Shown piece after piece: positions 59,733 to 64,000 of a stretch of 64,000 nucleotides of DNA. Under the pieces are notes generated by a model. That model worked only from the letters and a program-made list of their open reading frames with translations. It had not been told where the DNA came from and did no database searches. Position 1 is the stretch's first letter. Each line of letters begins with the position of its first letter. The stretch lies in the NCBI GenBank assembly GCA_963662405.2, contig CAXXKT010000001.1, positions 1,888,001 to 1,952,000 of the forward strand, given 5' to 3'. The translations under genes were made by a program, and so were the position numbers. The DNA is from Syntrophales bacterium. Its GTDB lineage: Bacteria; Desulfobacterota; Syntrophia; Syntrophales; UBA2210.

Positions 59733-61409
59733 ATGGTGACAAGCCCGGAACCGGGAGGGGAAAAAACACGTCTCAGGATTGATCAAGCCAATGTGTTTTA
59801 TAACTACGCGATAGGATTCGAAGCTAATTCTGTTGACCTCGTTGGAACGGCAAGAAAGCTCCTGAAAAAAGGGATTGCGAAAGCTGTATTTTTCTCTGAC
59901 CGCAAAGTCCTATACACCGACGCGGACGGGAAAGTACAGATAGAGTTGATACAACCACAAGGTCGGCAATGGGACCACCGCTGGAAGGTCGAATTTGACT
60001 CAAAAATCCCCGCCGATGTCGATGCCGAACTTATCCTTGCATTCGAAGTGTCATTTGTTGAACACCGTATGGATGGCCCTAACGCTGGAAATATTCCGCC
60101 CTATCTCAGGGCCAGCCTTCCGCCGATTGTGTTGGAATCGGATGAGTTGCAGTTGCCTATTTTCGCGTCAATCAAACTGTTCGCTGACGGAATCGCCATC
60201 TTGAGTTTTCAGCTTGATGCTACTTGGGATGGTGTTGACGAGGAATACTTTGTATCGAACATTGTAAATATTTATCAGTGCTACTTCAACTCCATATGGG
60301 TCGATTCTCAAATTCAACGGCTTGATGCAGAAACGATACTGCCGGTAGCGTTCCAAGACGAGATATCCCTCGCTGGAAATCCGATTGGGGGCCGCAAAGT
60401 AAATAAATTATTGCGGAAGATGCGAATGGAAAGCCAAGCCTTAATAAACAAAGACCTCGGCGAGCAAGGGCGGCAGTTTGAAGTTGGCAATGAGCAATGG
60501 GTTCTACACCCGATTATTGGGACCAAGAACCAAGACTCGTGGGAATCAACACTAGATTTATGTCGACTTGAGTATTCTAATGCTTTGAGTGCGCTACTCG
60601 TGCATGGTCGAAAACAGCGGAAGATCCAGGCACAGTCCGCGTACTCGTGGCAAGGTCGACCTTCTGTTGCTCTTATGCGTTTCCGCAGGCAACCCACGAC
60701 TAAGGATGATCTCCTAAGCGGTTTCGCACCCTCATTGTCACGAATACTCATGCGGTCAGCAACCTTGGAAACGCCGCCAGATCTTCCTCCAGATCTACGA
60801 CTTTTTGGAGATTACTGCTTCCATGGAAATCGTTCTTTGCTCCTCTGGACATGGCTGCTTCCGCATGGGGCGCTAGTCAACGCTTGGGAGGAGTCGGAAT
60901 CGCGTTCCGCTCTTATGGAACACCAAGCGCGTTCCGAGCACATTGAATACCACAACATGCGGATCGTCCGCGCATGCGAAATGGCCCAATCTCCACTATC
61001 TGATAACCACCTGAGAGAAGCCTATGAAACCCTAGCCTCGCTCCACGATGTGATTCACCATAGCAGCCAGGCGGGGGAGATTACAAATGCGCTGACGTAT
61101 CTCTTAGAAGAGAGCGGTACGACGAAGCTGGTGGCTCCTGCGAAGGAAGCAGCACGCTGGCACCTTGACGAGTTGCGATACAGGTCTGATAAACGCCGAA
61201 CCCGCGTGGATTATTGGCTCTCCTTCGTTTTTGGGCTAGTCGGAACCACAGGGTTGGCAGATTTTGCCATTCGGCCCTTTCTGGTCAACGCTTGGCCTGG
61301 TCTCAGTCGTGAAGCGACCCCGCTTGTCGCGTTAGGAATCGCTGGCTTAATCGTCTCTTTGATAGCTCTCTCCATATGGTTCCTTAACAGGGGAGAATCG
61401 GACGACTAG
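59733..61409 (+). CDS. Cassette protein with two C-terminal TM helices (CorA-like topology)
   Basis: 558-aa ORF; large soluble region, helical stretch, then 2 hydrophobic segments. Confidence 0.75.
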   Translation: MVTSPEPGGEKTRLRIDQANVFYNYAIGFEANSVDLVGTARKLLKKGIAKAVFFSDRKVLYTDADGKVQIELIQPQGRQWDHRWKVEFDSKIPADVDAELILAFEVSFVEHRMDGPNAGNIPPYLRASLPPIVLESDELQLPIFASIKLFADGIAILSFQLDATWDGVDEEYFVSNIVNIYQCYFNSIWVDSQIQRLDAETILPVAFQDEISLAGNPIGGRKVNKLLRKMRMESQALINKDLGEQGRQFEVGNEQWVLHPIIGTKNQDSWESTLDLCRLEYSNALSALLVHGRKQRKIQAQSAYSWQGRPSVALMRFRRQPTTKDDLLSGFAPSLSRILMRSATLETPPDLPPDLRLFGDYCFHGNRSLLLWTWLLPHGALVNAWEESESRSALMEHQARSEHIEYHNMRIVRACEMAQSPLSDNHLREAYETLASLHDVIHHSSQAGEITNALTYLLEESGTTKLVAPAKEAARWHLDELRYRSDKRRTRVDYWLSFVFGLVGTTGLADFAIRPFLVNAWPGLSREATPLVALGIAGLIVSLIALSIWFLNRGESDD

Positions 61410-61448
61410 CCTGTGGCTGATCAGGAGCTCTGATTAAAGGCTACGATT

Positions 61449-61519
61449 CGCTAACATGTCACTTGAGGGGGATGTGAAAAACGCTGGCGCCTTTCCCCGG
61501 CCTCAGTTCATCGTTACCG
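61449..61519 (+). other. Integron attC site
   Basis: CGCTAAC-5nt-ACT(T)GAG...CTCAGT-5nt-GTTACCG. Confidence 0.85.
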
Positions 61520-61533
61520 CCGTTGAGTCACAC

Positions 61534-62463
61534 ATGAACATCGATTTGATTGAAAATTATTTTCTACAGAAATACCCTGGCGATGGCCGACGTAAGGCGA
61601 TACGTGAAGAGCTTACAATTTGTTGCATTGATTTTGTAAAGTCTGGATTGGCTGATTCGAATTTCATCAATGAACTGTGTTCCGGTTCGGAAAACAAATT
61701 TTGGTCCCGTCTGTCGGAGGCATTATTATCAGCACGCCTAAAAAACGTAGGACTAATTCCCGAACCATCGCAAGGTGGTGGCCCTGATTTTTATGTAATT
61801 GATAATGGTCTAAAGGTCTGGATCGAAGTTATTTGTCCTGAACCAACAGGTTTACCAACCGAATGGACAGAACCAGAAACGGGTAAAGCGATAAGCTTTC
61901 CGTATGAGCAAATTCTTCTGCGTTAGACAAGCGCCATAAAGGAGAAGGCAGAAAAGTTACTTGGTAGCATGGATGGAGAAGGTAGAGGCTATATTGAAAA
62001 AGGAATTGTCTCTATTGACGACGCATATGTAATCGCTGTTAATGGCCGCAAGCTTCGTAGTGGCAATCCTTTCCCTGAACTTTATGGTATAAGCCAGTTT
62101 CCCTTTGCAGTTGAAGCGGTTTTTGCTGTCGGCCCATATCAGATAAAAATAGATCGCGATACGCTTAAACAAACAGGTGATGGACATCAGCACAGACCGT
62201 TAATAGCAAAACCTAAAGGAATGCCTGTCCCTGCTTACACTTTTCTTGATGAGAGATTTCAGCCAATCAGTGCCATTTGGGCTGTGGATATAGATGGCAC
62301 GTCTGCGATTGGAAACTCAGAGCCAATGGTTGTGGTTCATAATCCAAATGCAGTTAATTCAATATCAACTGGCTTTTTGCCGGCCCATGATGAGTATGTG
62401 GCTACTCCTATCAAAACGGATGAATATGAACTGAAAAGACTTGATGGTAACTTACTTGACTGA
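61534..62463 (+). pseudogene. Cassette gene with PD-(D/E)xK-like motif, interrupted by in-frame TAG at 61924
   Basis: ORFs 61456-61926 and 61969-62463 are in the same frame; GPDF...WIEV motif. Confidence 0.75.
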
Positions 62464-62504
62464 CGCACAAAAAGCGTGCGCGCCCCACAGCAGAAACGTT
62501 AAGA
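62445..62504 (+). other. Degenerate attC site
   Basis: TGGTAAC (6/7 complement of GTTACCG at 61513), CGCAC/GTGCG hairpin, GTTAAGA. Confidence 0.6.
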
Positions 62505-62583
62505 TGCTTGTCTGTTCGGCTGCAGCGGACACATCGCTTGAGCCATCGGGCAGCCTGAGACGGTGTGCTAAAGGAATAAAGGC

Positions 62584-63786
62584 ATGAAAAAATATCACGT
62601 CGCATTGTCGTTCGCTGGTGAAGATCGCAATTATGTTGATAACGTCGCAAGAAGATTGCAGGACTGCGGTGTCAAGGTCTTTTATGACAAGTTCGAGGAA
62701 ACCAATTTGTGGGGGAAGGACCTCTACACATACCTGTCAGATGTGTATCAGAATCAGGCGTTTTTCACGGTCATGTTTATCTCTGAGGACTACAAACGGA
62801 AGTTGTGGACAAATCACGAGCGGACAAATGCCCAGGCCCGAGCCTTCTCAGAGAACCGCGAGTACATCCTGCCGGCATTCTTCGATACGAGCGTTGAAGT
62901 TCCGGGAGTACTGAAAACGACTGGATACGTGGACCTCTCAACGCTACCCCCTGAGGAATTCGCAGACAAGATTATCGACAAACTTGAGAAATCAAACGTC
63001 CTACTACTCACGGAGGTGCATTACTCATATTCCGATGTCGCTCGTGCAGACGTAGATTTTCCGATCCGGGACGGAGACGAAGTCTCAGAGATTATCACTG
63101 CCCTTCGATCAAATAACTGGTACACACAGAACCCAGCGATAGAGAAAATCTTCAAGCTTGATTGGAAGAAGCGGACCTCGGATGAGGCATTTGTCCTTGG
63201 ACGGAATATCTATCAATGCGCGGACGGAGGCGAGCGCCGGGCCGAGGCAATCATGAATGACCTACGGCGCGAGTTTGCGAAGTTCCCTGACGAATGGGCC
63301 ACACATATCCTGAATGGCATGTTCTACGAGGCATACTTCAACCACGAGGGGAATTTCAGGGGATCGAAGCTAAAAAGCAAGTTTCTCTCGCACTTATTCG
63401 CTATCGAGACTGTGGCAAAATTCGAAAAGACCATCACGTACATCCAGTACGTGCTCGATCCGTACCGAGGCAGCCTTGGCGTCCTACCGAATAAGTCTCC
63501 CGAGGTGCTGCGGATTAGAGTCAAAATCGAGGAAAAGGACCCACCGGTGGTCACGAGCATAAAGGCTCAAGGGAAGGAGCAACTGGTAACCAGCTCTGAA
63601 GATTTAGACGATCCCGGCTGGCGGTTCTCCTACCGTGGATTTACGTTGGATGGATTCCCCGAGCAGCTCATGAAGTTTTGGAATATCCCAGAGGACCACT
63701 TTGAGATTGATTACGACAAGGATCTTCCAGGCATAACCAAAGTCCACTTGCCCAAGGGGACGACGTTGGGACAACTGAAAGTGTGA
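62584..63786 (+). CDS. TIR-domain protein with C-terminal domain of unknown function
   Basis: YHVALSFAGEDR, VFYD, WGKDL, FISEDY, WTNHER. Confidence 0.9.
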   Translation: MKKYHVALSFAGEDRNYVDNVARRLQDCGVKVFYDKFEETNLWGKDLYTYLSDVYQNQAFFTVMFISEDYKRKLWTNHERTNAQARAFSENREYILPAFFDTSVEVPGVLKTTGYVDLSTLPPEEFADKIIDKLEKSNVLLLTEVHYSYSDVARADVDFPIRDGDEVSEIITALRSNNWYTQNPAIEKIFKLDWKKRTSDEAFVLGRNIYQCADGGERRAEAIMNDLRREFAKFPDEWATHILNGMFYEAYFNHEGNFRGSKLKSKFLSHLFAIETVAKFEKTITYIQYVLDPYRGSLGVLPNKSPEVLRIRVKIEEKDPPVVTSIKAQGKEQLVTSSEDLDDPGWRFSYRGFTLDGFPEQLMKFWNIPEDHFEIDYDKDLPGITKVHLPKGTTLGQLKV

Positions 63787-63815
63787 AGCGCTTTTCGGGA
63801 TTATCAGGGGGTGCG

Positions 63816-63941
63816 GCCGAACCTGTAGCTGCAGCAGACAGCCAGGGCCGTGGCATTTCAGACAATACGGAGTAGCTTGAAATTAAACGCATTATCCAAG
63901 TTCAGTGGAGGCCCTGGCTGCTGCTGAGCATGGCGTTACTG
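63816..63941 (+). other. Integron attC site
   Basis: GCCGAAC-5nt-GCT(G)CAGCAG(A)CAGCCAGGGCC...GGCCCTGGCTGCTGCTGAGC-5nt-GTTACTG. Confidence 0.9.
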
Positions 63942-64000
63942 ATTACGAAAAGAAATGAGATTATCTCGATCCCAATTGATTCTAACACTTTCAGGAAGGA
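63939..64000 (+). repeat. tRNA anticodon core copy + conserved arm (runs off window)
   Basis: CTGATTACGAA plus arm similar to 56454-56505. Confidence 0.8.

Larger units (their letters stand above)
47775..64000. mobile_element. tRNA-Thr-anchored genomic island (continues beyond window)
   Basis: tRNA fragment, repeated anticodon core at 56441 and 63939, gene fragments, repeats, AT-richer cargo, attC sites. Confidence 0.8.

Noticed and set aside
54168..63786. Thoeris system (SIR2 + TIR)
   Set aside because: Genes are ~7.5 kb apart in different modules, and the SIR2 protein shows no evident SLOG domain

Overview
Chromosomal segment, probably from a Deltaproteobacterium/Desulfobacterota (inferred from gene content only). 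Bases 1-47.7 kb are mostly housekeeping or envelope genes: a sigma54 activator, a stand-alone EF-G, ctpA, tol-pal, lptD, rplM-rpsI, argC, cysS, greA, radC, tex, a DEAD-box helicase and a CdaA-YbbR fusion facing a DHH phosphoesterase. There is also a Tat amidohydrolase/EF-hand/ExeA/PEP-CTERM block. At 47775 an isolated 3' half of tRNA-Thr(CGT) marks the left end of a genomic island that runs off the right edge. The island is built from parallel modules: HD-GYP gene, ~290-bp non-coding repeat, TTGACA promoter, foreign cargo, then a copy of the tRNA anticodon core (T)GCTGATTACGAA. The second module holds an integron-type cassette array with attC sites and matching R'/R'' cores. Its cassettes encode a 2-TM protein, a nonsense-interrupted PD-(D/E)xK-like protein and a TIR protein. 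The first module carries a SIR2-like gene. No integrase is visible in the window. Two candidate non-coding RNA classes also stand out: a sigma54-driven transcript with twin anti-Shine-Dalgarno hairpins (462-975), and a three-copy promoter/SD-mini-ORF/terminator leader. All product calls come from motif recognition, not database searches.
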